Assembly: GCF_006345805.1 (NCBI RefSeq)
Contig: NW_021823822.1
Coordinates: 1 to 20,895 of the forward strand
Origin: Octopus sinensis
Taxonomy: Eukaryota
Length of the DNA stretch: 20,895 nucleotides
Reading direction: 5' to 3'
The notes under the pieces are model-generated. The model was given only the letters and a program-made list of their open reading frames with translations, was not told the origin of the DNA and searched no databases. The first letter of the stretch is position 1. Each line of letters starts with the position of its first letter. Below, in pieces: positions 10,524 to 19,990 of this stretch. Both the position numbers and the translations under genes were made by a program.

Positions 10524-10897
10524 TATTTCTTTATTACCCACAAGGGGTTAAGTCGATTACAACGACCCCAGTGCGTAACTGGTACTTAATTTATCGACCC
10601 CGAAAGGATGAAAGGCAAAGTCGACCTCGGCGTAATTTGCACTCAGAATGTAACGACAGACGAAATACCTATTTCTTTACTACCCACAAGGGGCTAAACA
10701 CAGAAGGGACAAACAAGGACAGACAAACGGATTAAGTCGATCATATCGACCCCAGTGCGTAACTGTACTTATTTAATCGACCCCGAAAGGATGAAAGGCA
10801 AAGTCGACCTCGGCGTAATTTGAACTCACAACGTAACGACAGACGAAATACCGTTCAGCATTTCGCCCGGCGTGCTAACGTTTCTGCCAGCTCGCCG
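10524..10897 (-). mobile_element. Family D SINE dimer (one head + two tandem bodies) with 13-bp TSD
   Basis: Body repeat period 183 bp (cagacgaaatac at 10657 and 10840); the distal unit has an internal deletion; TSD cctttcttctacc at 10511-10523 and 10898-10910. Confidence 0.9.
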
Positions 10898-11240
10898 CCT
10901 TTCTTCTACCACAGTTGCAAAAATATCCACGTCATTAATAAATTATTTTTCATGCAATAATTTCTATCTAATTCTTCATGTATTAACTATAGTTCATATT
11001 CTTTTTTACAATATCACGTTACAAATTGTTAGTAGTGAGCTAATTTACAGACAGGTGAAGACGAGCGTTTATTTTTCCCCCCAGTGTGTCAATATTTAAT
11101 TTCTTTAATAACCTCGTTATTGCAGTTTCACTTACACCTATACAAACACACACACAAACACACGTTCACGAGCGTTGAAACCTGCAAACTTAGGCGCCCG
11201 TAAAGTCCACCCCTTCCACGTTAGCGAACAGAAAGTTTGA

Positions 11241-11278
11241 TCTAAGGGAAATAACTCTATCTAAGGGAAACTACTCTC
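11241..11278 (+). repeat. 19-bp tandem duplication tctaagggaaa(ta/ct)actct
   Basis: 11241-11259 tctaagggaaataactcta; 11260-11278 tctaagggaaactactctc. Confidence 0.8.
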
Positions 11279-11580
11279 AATGGAATCGATTAAAGGGAGA
11301 TAATTAGTAAAATACTAATCAACTTTGCCAACGGACAGCGTCGACAACAAATTCGAACGGAAATAATAAAATAATATTCCAATGTTTTTAATACGGAATG
11401 ACGATGAGAAAACTTCTTTCTTCCTTCTCTCTACAATAAATAAGAGATTGCTGTTCCTGTTGCTGTTTAGTTGCCAGTCCCTGTGATCAGCGACATTAAA
11501 GAGATGAATTAATCATGTCTCTTCCACCCCCTTGCGACACCCAGCAATACTGTCCCCCATCCAAGCGAGTTACTCTCTCC

Positions 11581-11959
11581 CTCTTTTACACTTTTACTTG
11601 TTTCAGTCATGTGACTTTGACCATGCTGGAGCATCGCCTTTAGTCGAGCTAATCGACCCCAGGACTTATTTTTTTGAAGCCTAGTACTTAATTTATCGTC
11701 CTCTTTTGCCGAATCGCTAAGTTACGGGGACGTAAACACACCAGCATCGGTTGTCAAGCGATATTGGGGTAACAAACACAGACACACAAACATATTCACA
11801 CACACATATATATATACATATACACAACGGGCTTCTTTCAGTTTCCGTCTACCAAATCCACTCTCAAGGTCGGTCCGAGGCTATAGTAGAAGACACTTGC
11901 CCAAGGTACCATGCAGTGGGACTGAACCCGGGACCATGTGGTTCGTAAGTAAGCTACTT
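11581..11959 (-). mobile_element. Family C SINE, extreme 5' end replaced by other sequence
   Basis: Reverse complement of 13450-13850 over its full length, including the internal microsatellite and (GTAAAA)-like tail. Confidence 0.9.
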
Positions 11960-12000
11960 GGTTTTTTTTTTTAGCAATTTGACTATGGCCATGCTGGAGC

Positions 12001-12055
12001 TTGTGGGCAATAAAGAAATAGGTAGAAGAAAGGTTAAGGGAAACATTTTAAGTAT
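12001..12055 (+). repeat. Inverted copy of 10488-10543 (D-SINE tail end + TSD + unique flank)
   Basis: 12001-12040 matches the reverse complement of 10504-10543 at 39/40 positions. Confidence 0.85.
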
Positions 12056-12138
12056 GGAATTGAAGAAAAATTAATGAAAAATCTGTAAGTTTTAAATCGA
12101 CCGCAGGACTTATTTTTTAGTGTAGTACTTATTCTATC

Positions 12139-12195
12139 GGGTCGGCCAAAGTATTGTGAGTGGATTTGGTAAACTGAAACTGAGAGAAGCCCGTT

Positions 12196-12231
<36 letters not shown>

Positions 12232-12546
12232 GCACGCACGCACACACACACACATACACACACACACATACACATACACACACTCACATACACACACACA
12301 CACACATGTATTTGTGCGTGTGTCTTTGCATCTATGTTAGTCCAACATCACCACCACCACCACCACCACTTGACAACCGTTGCTGGTGTGTTTACGTCCC
12401 TGTAACTTAGCGGTTCGGTTAAAGAAAGCAGTAGAATAAATACCAGGCTTTAAAAAAATATGTACTGTGGCCAATTCATCCGACTGAGAATTGCCCCAGG
12501 ACGGGCGCAATCTTGTTCTTGAAATAAGCAAAAGAAAACATAAAAG
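12139..12546 (+). mobile_element. 5'-truncated family C variant SINE with expanded internal (CA)n
   Basis: tgtgagtggatttggta...gaagcccgttgt-(CA)n-...ttgacaaccgttgctggtgtgtttacgtccctgtaacttagcggttcgg matches 13555-13731. Confidence 0.85.
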
Positions 12547-12699
12547 ACCTCTATGCGGTAACTCGGACCCTAATTTTGTTCCTTTCATCCAATATTCTCC
12601 GTCAATACTAACCAAGCAATTAGACACTCACTGGTGACCCTGGTATTACTTTCTAGTCACACATTCTATGTTTATAGTCAAATATTCTAACTTAATATT

Positions 12700-12933
12700 T
12701 AATTCTTTACTACTCACAAGGGGCTAAACACAGAGAGGATAAACAAGGACAGACAAATGGATCAAGTCGATTATATCGACTCCAGTGTGTAACTGGTACT
12801 TAATTTATCGACCCAGAAAGGATGAAAGGCAAAGTCAATCTCGGCGGAACTTGAACTCAGAACGTAACGGTAGACGAAATACGGCTACGCATTTCGCACG
12901 GCGCGCTAACGTTTCTGCCAGCTCGCCGCCTTC
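12700..12933 (-). mobile_element. Family D SINE monomer with 16-bp TSD
   Basis: Full head + one body; TSD attctaacttaatatt at 12684-12699 and 12934-12949. Confidence 0.92.
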
Positions 12934-13277
12934 ATTCTAACTTAATATTGCAACCTCAAATGATAGTCTTACAAGACATTCTTAAGCAAACGCTTATAGT
13001 CTGAACCGACACTCTGGCGTCATCATTACGCTCTAGTTATCTCCCTTGAAATACATCACCAGAGAAGTCAGTCGTTGCTAACACCGGAGGAGCCATCACC
13101 TGGACTTGTACACGGGACTTCATTGAGGTGGCAGCCATTTTAAACGCTGTACATTTCGTCAGAATCCAACACCTGATTTTAGGCAGTCTGTAGTTGTCTC
13201 CCTTTAACGGTTCCTTCATACAATCACTGTTTACTTGAATCGTTGACGACCACAAATATAGAATTTAAATAGGTGAA

Positions 13278-13278
<1 letters not shown>

Positions 13279-13331
<53 letters not shown>
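13279..13331. repeat. (CTG)17 trinucleotide repeat
   Basis: Direct count. Confidence 0.95.
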
Positions 13332-13333
<2 letters not shown>

Positions 13334-13434
13334 GTCTGTACTGACAATTACGTAGCATCGTTCACATCTTGTCTTTAAAAAAAAATGACAAATCATACGA
13401 GAGGACAACATTAAATAATGTAGTCTTAGATATA

Positions 13435-13597
13435 CGTAGGAGTGGCTGTGTGGTAAGTAGCTTGCTTACGAACCACATGGTTCCGGGTTCAGTCCCACTG
13501 CATGGTAACTTGGGCAAGCATCTTCTGCTATAGCCTCGAGCCGATCAAAGCCTTGTGAGTGGATTTGGTAGACGGAAACTGAAAGAAGCCCGTCGTA

Positions 13598-13642
<45 letters not shown>

Positions 13643-13860
13643 ATATGTTTGTGTGTCTGTGTTTGTCGCTCCCAACATCGTTTGACAACCGTTACTGGTG
13701 TGTTTACGTCCCCCGTAACTTAGCGGTTCGGCAAAGAGACCGATAGAATAAGTACTAGGCTTACAAAGAATAAGTCCTGGGGTCGATTCGTTCGACTAAA
13801 GGCGGTGCTCCAGCATGGCCACAGTCAAATGACTGAACCAAGTAAAAGAGTGAAGAGAGT
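13435..13860 (+). mobile_element. Near full-length family C SINE
   Basis: cgtaggagtggctgtgtggt (A-box-like), gggttcagtccc (B-box-like), cttgggcaag (CORE-like), internal (TA)/(TG) tract, agtaaaagag tail; colinear with 16478-16890. Confidence 0.92.
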
Positions 13861-14040
13861 CTACTGTGGCTGAAAACGTATTACAGACACAGCTTTAATA
13901 ATAAAATAAGAAATGAGAAATTAATAAAAAAAGAAGATGAGGATTCAACCATTAAACAAGTTACACGATCCTCGTTGTGAACACTGATTCAACAACTTTA
14001 TGGAATTTGTGATCTTAGTTAATTCTGTGAATCAATATAA

Positions 14041-14299
14041 TATAAATAAATGCTCCCTTTTTAAAGGCTACCCAGGTTCATGAGCCCAGTTTCCCGGTTT
14101 CTATGGCGTATGTGTTCCCCAGCTGGACGGGACGCCAGTCCATCGCAGCGTTACTCATTTTTGCCAGCTGAGTGGACTGGAGCAACGTGAAATGAAGTGT
14201 TTTGCTCAAGAACACAACGCGTCGCCCGGTCCAGGAATCGAAACCACAATCTTACGATCGTGATGCTGATACCCTAACCACTAAGCCACGCGCCTCCAC
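14041..14299 (-). mobile_element. Family A head/CORE joined to tail type 2, with 14-bp TSD (1 mismatch)
   Basis: TSD gtgaatca(a/g)tataa at 14027-14040 and 14300-14313; tail shared with family B. Confidence 0.9.
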
Positions 14300-14399
14300 G
14301 TGAATCAGTATAAAATAGCTATTATAGCGCTCTTTCTATTATCAACAGCTCATTTGAGTGATATATAAATCGTATCGGAGCAGAGAGGGGGATATATAT

Positions 14400-14401
<2 letters not shown>

Positions 14402-14477
<76 letters not shown>

Positions 14478-14500
14478 AAGAGAAAGAGAAAGAAAGAAAG
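14402..14500. repeat. (GA)n / (GAAA)n purine tract
   Basis: Direct reading. Confidence 0.95.
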
Positions 14501-14547
14501 ATGGGGGAGAATAGTGTTTGATGGTTGGTGTTTAGTGTCACTTACAG

Positions 14548-14604
14548 ATCACAGAATATAACCTGACAAGTCTAAAACGAGTGAAACAAATGTTCATGAA
14601 TGAG
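14548..14604 (+). CDS. Candidate 57-nt phase-0 internal exon (ITEYNLTSLKRVKQMFMNE), product unknown
   Basis: tgtcacttacAG acceptor, GAG|GTAAGA donor, length divisible by 3, only one open frame; weak pyrimidine tract, no recognised homology. Confidence 0.3.
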
Positions 14605-14827
14605 GTAAGACGTTAGGAAGCGGGTGGCTGGGTGGCTGGGCGAGAGAAATGTGTTCCTCAAGAAATAACCCGATCTGTGATATTCTACTCAACATTCTGA
14701 ATATTGCACAAAATAGATCTTGATAACGGATGCTGAGAACTGTTACATTCCAGCAAAACATTCGAAATAGAAGAAGAGAATTTGACAGTTGGATGTCTTA
14801 TTATCAGCGTAGTATGGAATTGTAAAA

Positions 14828-15142
14828 GTGGAGGCGCAATGGCCCAGTGGTTAAGGCAGCGGACTCGCGGTGGCAGGATCGCGGTTTCGATTCCCAGTCC
14901 GGGCGTTATGTGTGTTTATTGAGCGAAAACACCTAAAAGCTCCACGAGGCTCCGGCAGGGGTTGTGGTGACTCCTGTTGTACTCTTTCGCCCCAACTTTC
15001 TCTCACTCTCTCTTCCTGTTTCTTGAGTAACGCTGCGATGGACTGGCGTCCCGTCCAACTAGAGGTAAACACATACACCACAGAAACCGGGAAATGGTCC
15101 ATGAGCCTTGGCTAGGCTTGAAAAGCGCGACGTTTATCGTTT
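14828..15142 (+). mobile_element. Family B SINE with 15-bp TSD
   Basis: Intact B-box-like gtttcgattccc; TSD tatggaattgtaaaa at 14813-14827 and 15143-15157. Confidence 0.92.
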
Positions 15143-15199
15143 TATGGAATTGTAAAACATTTGTGAGCCAGTGATAATGATGATCATGACGGTTGTCTC

Positions 15200-15352
15200 A
15201 GATTTCGACCCAGGGGCCAGCAATTTTGACAGTGGAGGGAGTAGTCGATACTATCGTCCTCGGTACTTGACTGGTACTTTATTTTATCGACCACGAAAAG
15301 ATGAGCGGCGAATGTGACTGCAGCGTGGTTTGAACTTCGAGCGTAAAGAGTC
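15200..15352 (-). mobile_element. Older degenerate D-related SINE body
   Basis: agtcgatactatcgtcctcggtacttgactggtactttattttatcgacc...tttgaact resembles the D body but has a different tail. Confidence 0.65.
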
Positions 15353-15843
15353 AAAGGATGAAAGGCAAAGTCGACCACGGCGGAATTTGAACTCAGAACG
15401 TAGCAGCAGACAAAATACCTATTTCTTTACTACTCAATAGGGGCTAAACACAGAGAGGACAAACATGGACAGACAAACGGATTAAGTCGATTACATCGAC
15501 CCCAGTGCGTAACTGGTACTTAATTTATCGACCCCGAAAGGATGAAAGGCAAAGTCGACCTCGGCAGAATTTGAACTCAGAACGTAACGGCAGACGAAAG
15601 GCGGAATATCTATTTCTTTACTACCCACAAGGGGCTAAACACAGAAGGGACAAACAAGGACAGACAAACGGATTAAGTCGATTGTATCGACCCCAGTGTG
15701 TAACTGGTACTTAATTTATCGACCCCGAAAGGATGAAAGGCAAAGTCGACCTGGGCGGAATTTGAACACAGAACACAACGGCAGACGAAATACGGCTACG
15801 CATTTCGCCTGGCGCGCTTACGTTTCTGCCAGCTCGCCGCCTT
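15353..15843 (-). mobile_element. Family D multimer: head + two full bodies + a partial third
   Basis: Periods of 184 and 191 bp (cagac at 15407, 15591, 15782); no TSD found. Confidence 0.9.
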
Positions 15844-15869
15844 CGTCTATTAAAATTCCATCACAAACC

Positions 15870-15975
15870 ATTGATCGAACCGGGACTCTAGTAGAAAAGA
15901 TTTACCCAAGGTGCTGCGATATGGGACTGAAACCGAAACGACGTGGTTTGCAAGAGCGAACTCCTTAACCACATT
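15870..15975 (-). mobile_element. Degenerate family C head
   Basis: ctagtagaaaagatttacccaaggtgctgcgatatgggactgaaacc resembles tagtagaagacacttgcccaaggtaccatgcagtgggactgaaccc (11883-11929). Confidence 0.65.
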
Positions 15976-16280
15976 CAGAGAAAAAATATAAAAACTATGT
16001 GTGTATGTTCTACTGTTTCTGTCACTCCCCGAGTTACTCGTTGGTAGTTGTTAAGACTATTATTCAATTACATTGTTTTTTTTAGACAAAAGGAAGTCAG
16101 TAAAAATCTAACACCGACACAGTAAGACGATCCGTTAATGGCGGCGAGTGATTTGTTTGTTTGAGAAATTAGATTGTGCAAACACAATATAGTTAATAAA
16201 AGTGACAGTTTTATTACCTGCTTGCCGATACTTTACAAGCTTACCTGCCGAAATGTACAGTTTATAGAAGTGTGCGTGCC

Positions 16281-16477
<197 letters not shown>

Positions 16478-16890
16478 GGCGTAGGAGTGGCTGTGTGGTA
16501 AGTAGCTTGCTTACGAACCACATGGTTCCGAGTTCAGTCCCACTGTGTGGCACCTTGGGCAAGTGTCTTCTAATTGTCCAAGGCCGACCAAAGCCTTGTG
16601 AGTGAATTTGGTAGACGGAAACTGAAAGAAACCTATCGTAAATATATATATATATATACATATATATGTGTGTGTTTGTGTGTCTGTGTTTGTCCCTCCA
16701 ACATCGCCTGACACCCGATGCTGGTGTGTTTACGTCCCCGTAACGTAGAAGTTGGGCAAAAGAGACCGATAGAATAAGGCTTACAAAGAATAAGACCTAA
16801 GGTCGATTTGCTCGACTAATGGCGGTGCTCCAGCATGGCCGCAGTCAAATGACTGACACAAGTAAAAGAGTAAAAGAAAGTAAAAGAGTA
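16478..16890 (+). mobile_element. Full-length family C SINE
   Basis: Colinear with 13435-13860; starts directly after (TA)n and ends in (GTAAAAGA)n. Confidence 0.92.
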
Positions 16891-16891
16891 A

Positions 16892-16892
<1 letters not shown>

Positions 16893-16931
<39 letters not shown>
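16893..16931. repeat. (ATCT)n tetranucleotide
   Basis: Direct reading. Confidence 0.95.
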
Positions 16932-16934
<3 letters not shown>

Positions 16935-17180
16935 TACCTTTTATTTGTTTCAGTCATTAGACTGCGGCCATGCTGGGGCACTGTTTTGAAGAAGTTTTAG
17001 TCGAATGAATCTTCCCCAGTGCTTATTTCTTTTACAGCGTGGTGCTTATCCAATCCGCCTGTTTTGCCGGACTAGTATGTTACGGAGATTTAAACACACC
17101 AAAACCGGTTGTCAAGCGGTGTTGGGGTTGGAGCAAACGCATACAGAAAAGACACACACAGGCACACACACATACATATA
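16931..17180 (-). mobile_element. 3' half of family C variant SINE
   Basis: gtttcagtcattagactgcggccatgctggggcac and ccggttgtcaagcggtg match C copies on the reverse strand. Confidence 0.8.
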
Positions 17181-17561
17181 GGAAGAAGACAGAAAGAAAA
17201 AGAAAGAAAGATGATGCAAATGAACACGCTTGGGCTTGATACATGCATATACACATGTAAATGTATATAGGGATATATATCGAGATAAGCAAAAATTGAA
17301 TATAATCATCAGATGAACTTTCTCGCACAAGCATATAACTATTTAGATATTTACAGAACAATAGATAGAGTATGCATAAAGTCAAGAGCGTGTAACTCGT
17401 AGTGGATGCATGTAAACTTTACCGTTAAGCCGGCCTCCTTCTTCAGGGTGGAAAGACTGGCAATTAGTTGTATGTCATTACTATTACGTAATGGTGAGAG
17501 CAAAGAAACAGCTGTCGGACTTCAAATGCACCGGCCTTTTCCCCTGGTTTTCTGCATTTCA

Positions 17562-17788
17562 TGTTTCTCCCTCTATGTTTAGCCCCTTGTGGCTAATAAA
17601 GAAATAGGTATTTCGTCTGCCGTTACGTTCTGAGTTCAAATTCTGCCGAGGTCGACTTTGCCTTTCATCCTTTAGGGTTCGATAAATTTAGTACCAGTTA
17701 CGCACTGGGGTCGATGTAATCGACTTAATCCCTTTGTCTGTCCTCGTTTGTCCCTTGTGTTTAGCCCCTTGTGGGCAATAAGGAAATA
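17562..17788 (+). mobile_element. Headless family D multimer fragment (tail end + one full body)
   Basis: Junction aaagaaata|ggtatttcgtc at ~17606; body is the reverse complement of 15418-15600. Confidence 0.9.
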
Positions 17789-17955
17789 AGAAGCCTAGTT
17801 AATCTACCCAGCGATTTCATGGTTCGGATTTTTTACTCATATGCGTAGAGTAAAAAGTTTAACTTGGCCATCTGAAGCCTTGAAAAGAGGATTTGTGATG
17901 ATCCATGTTTGGTGGGTGTTGCAACTCTAAAGTCTCTCAGGCTGATTTTAGAGTT

Positions 17956-18216
17956 AAAAGTAAAAGTAAAGTTACCTTCTCGAGTCATGTCGACTCATAA
18001 GGGCCGGCTTCCCGGTTCCATGGCGTATATATTCTCCACCTGGACGGGACACCGGTTCGTTGCAGGATTACTCATTTTTGCCAGCTGAGTGGAGTGGAGC
18101 AACGTGGAATGGAATGTCTTGCTCAAGAACACAACGCATCGCTCTGTCCAGGAATCGAAACCACAATCTTACGATTATGAATCCAACACCCTAACCACTT
18201 AGCCACGCGCCTCCAA
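17956..18216 (-). mobile_element. Family A head/CORE with tail-2-like 3' end and 13-bp TSD
   Basis: TSD tgattttagagtt at 17943-17955 and 18217-18229; (CTTTTA)-like terminal repeats. Confidence 0.9.
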
Positions 18217-18321
18217 TGATTTTAGAGTTGGAACAAGACGGAAGAAAAGTGCAGCATAGGTTTCTGGGGATGTAGAGTCGGGACTGAAACATAGACGGCT
18301 GGTGGGTGAAATGACCTGAGT

Positions 18322-18697
18322 GGAAGCCTTGGGCGAGGGGTGCCCTAAACGCCATAGCGGACACCATCTTCAGTGGAAGTAGTTATTATAAGCACCTCCG
18401 CCCAACGAAGAAGAGAAGACATTTTTCAAGGCTGTTGTGACGCTAATATTAACTACCCTCCATCCCAACATCCACCTCCTCCGATTTCCTAGATTGGGAG
18501 AAGGAAGTTGGCCTGAGGAAGGAGCTGAAGTTCCCAGAAACTGACACCTCCAGATCACTCAGCCCAGACATGGTGGAGGTCTTAGAAGCTACCGAGCAGA
18601 TGGTTCTGCAGAATATCCATTCTTTGGGAAGACTACATTGAGGAGACAAGCGAGAGGTAAACGAGAGGAAGAGATTAAAACATGCAGAGCTAGTGAA
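18322..18697 (+). mobile_element. Decayed C-terminal RLE fragment of a HERO/R2-like non-LTR retrotransposon
   Basis: Across frameshifts: EALGEG..ALNAIADTIFSG..LRPTKK..DWEKEVGLRKELKFPE..SLSPDMV..WEDYIEETSER..ERKRLKHAELV. This resembles the HERO-type pattern DW...DL.KQLKFP...SLRPDIV...PWE..IEEA.ERK..KY.ELV as I recall it. Confidence 0.6.
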
Positions 18698-18758
18698 GTT
18701 ACGCTGAAACAATGCAAATCCATAACATTTATGCTTTTCCTAAGTACATAAAGAATAT

Positions 18759-18889
18759 TGGCAGACTCATTAGAAGCGTTTGGCAATGCCTTGCAGCATT
18801 TGTTTCAGTTCTCTTCGGTCTGGTTTCGAATTCCGCCGAGTCACACTTTGCCTTAATTCCTCCCTTCGGGGAGGATAAATAAAGTGACG
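18759..18889 (+). mobile_element. Old degenerate D-like SINE
   Basis: ggtttcgaattccgccgagtcacactttgcctt...cttcggggaggataaataaagt resembles gagttcaaattctgccgaggtcgactttgcctttcatcc...gataaatttagt (17632-17692). Confidence 0.6.
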
Positions 18890-19489
18890 GATCTCACAGT
18901 GAGGTAGAGTAGGGGTGGAGACTGTCAGAAATGAAAGGGTATGTTTGGGGTATGAAGAAATTGCCATATTTAGTGAAGTGAAGTTTTAAACCTGTCCGAC
19001 CATCAACCCCATGGCAAAGAAAGAACTGTTTGGGAGGAAAACTTAGTCTTGTCTTCTCCTAAATGAAGGATTGTAGATGGGACGAGAGCAAAGAGTTTGT
19101 TTAATATTTTGTGGATAAGGCCCGGCATCTGTCAAACCCTATCCACCACTCCATATCAATCTCCTCTCTCTGTCTATCTCGGAATCGGTTTAGGGAGATG
19201 GGGAGGCAGCACCCATTCCTCTTTACAAGATCCTCTGGGATTGGTGCGGTTGGGGTTGGGGAAGGCGAGGAAGATACCCTTCAACCCTGCACATGCTTGC
19301 AACTGAGTGGTTTCCACTACAACACCAAAGGATCAGACGGTGATTGTGTTAAACTGATGAATTCGGTGTACCACTCAAGTTTAAATCTACAGAAAAAAAA
19401 GGACCCAGGAAGAATCTCTTCGAGGTCTCTCCACCCGTTTCATCACTCCTCTGTGCTCGCACCAAAAAAAGCAAAAAACATGGGTACTG

Positions 19490-19990
19490 TGACGTAATCG
19501 GTCTCATGTCACGTGATGACTGTGGCAGCGAAGTTTACTTCGCAATCACACAGTTCTGAGATGAATCCCCTGCGAGGCACTTTGGGCAAATATATTTAAT
19601 CGAGTAAATTAAAGCCTTAAATGGTTCATGGAAGTTGTGCAGAGGCTGTCGAACTGTGACTATCTTCGAATGGTCGACAAAGAACCAGATCGATTTCCTT
19701 TGCTCAGAGTCCTCAACTCTGTTTTAAGCATTCAGACCAAGTTTCAAATTTTGAGTTATGGCTTTTTCCTTCCAATTTCACATCATTTCAGAGAAAGTCC
19801 TACCAACAAATGAATGACAATTAATTCCTCTTCTGACGAAGTCTTTAAAAAACAATGAATTAATAAATAGATAGATAAATAAGTAAATAAATAAATAAAA
19901 TAGCGGTTAAGGTGGAGCTGACTGGTTTTAAACGAGAATCGAAACTGGAATGTTGTCTCAATTAACGTTTAAGTAGCTCTTTACTTCCGG
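19490..19990 (+). promoter_or_regulatory. Candidate promoter region: TGACGTAA (19490-19497), TCACGTGA E-box (19509-19516), ACTTCCGG ETS motif (19983-19990)
   Basis: Motif matches upstream of a well-formed intron; motifs alone are weak evidence. Confidence 0.35.

Noticed and set aside
10458-13142. YY1-like AAATGGC motifs at ~10458 and 13131-13142
   Set aside because: They are isolated short motifs with no supporting promoter context.
13279-13331. (CAG)17 on the minus strand as a polyglutamine exon
   Set aside because: The CAG frame is closed by nearby stops on both sides and lacks convincing splice signals.
4670-13430. Faint similarity among 4670-4850, 8790-8920 and 13370-13430 suggesting another old repeat family
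   Set aside because: The shared words are too short and degenerate to support boundaries by eye.
12053-15157. tatggaatt recurring at 12053, ~13999, 14813 and 15143
   Set aside because: Two occurrences are one TSD; the rest are plausibly chance in AT-rich DNA.
18890-19497. 128-aa ORF and a possible CR1-like remnant on the minus strand
   Set aside because: No coherent motif order could be recovered; it needs a tBLASTx test before any call.
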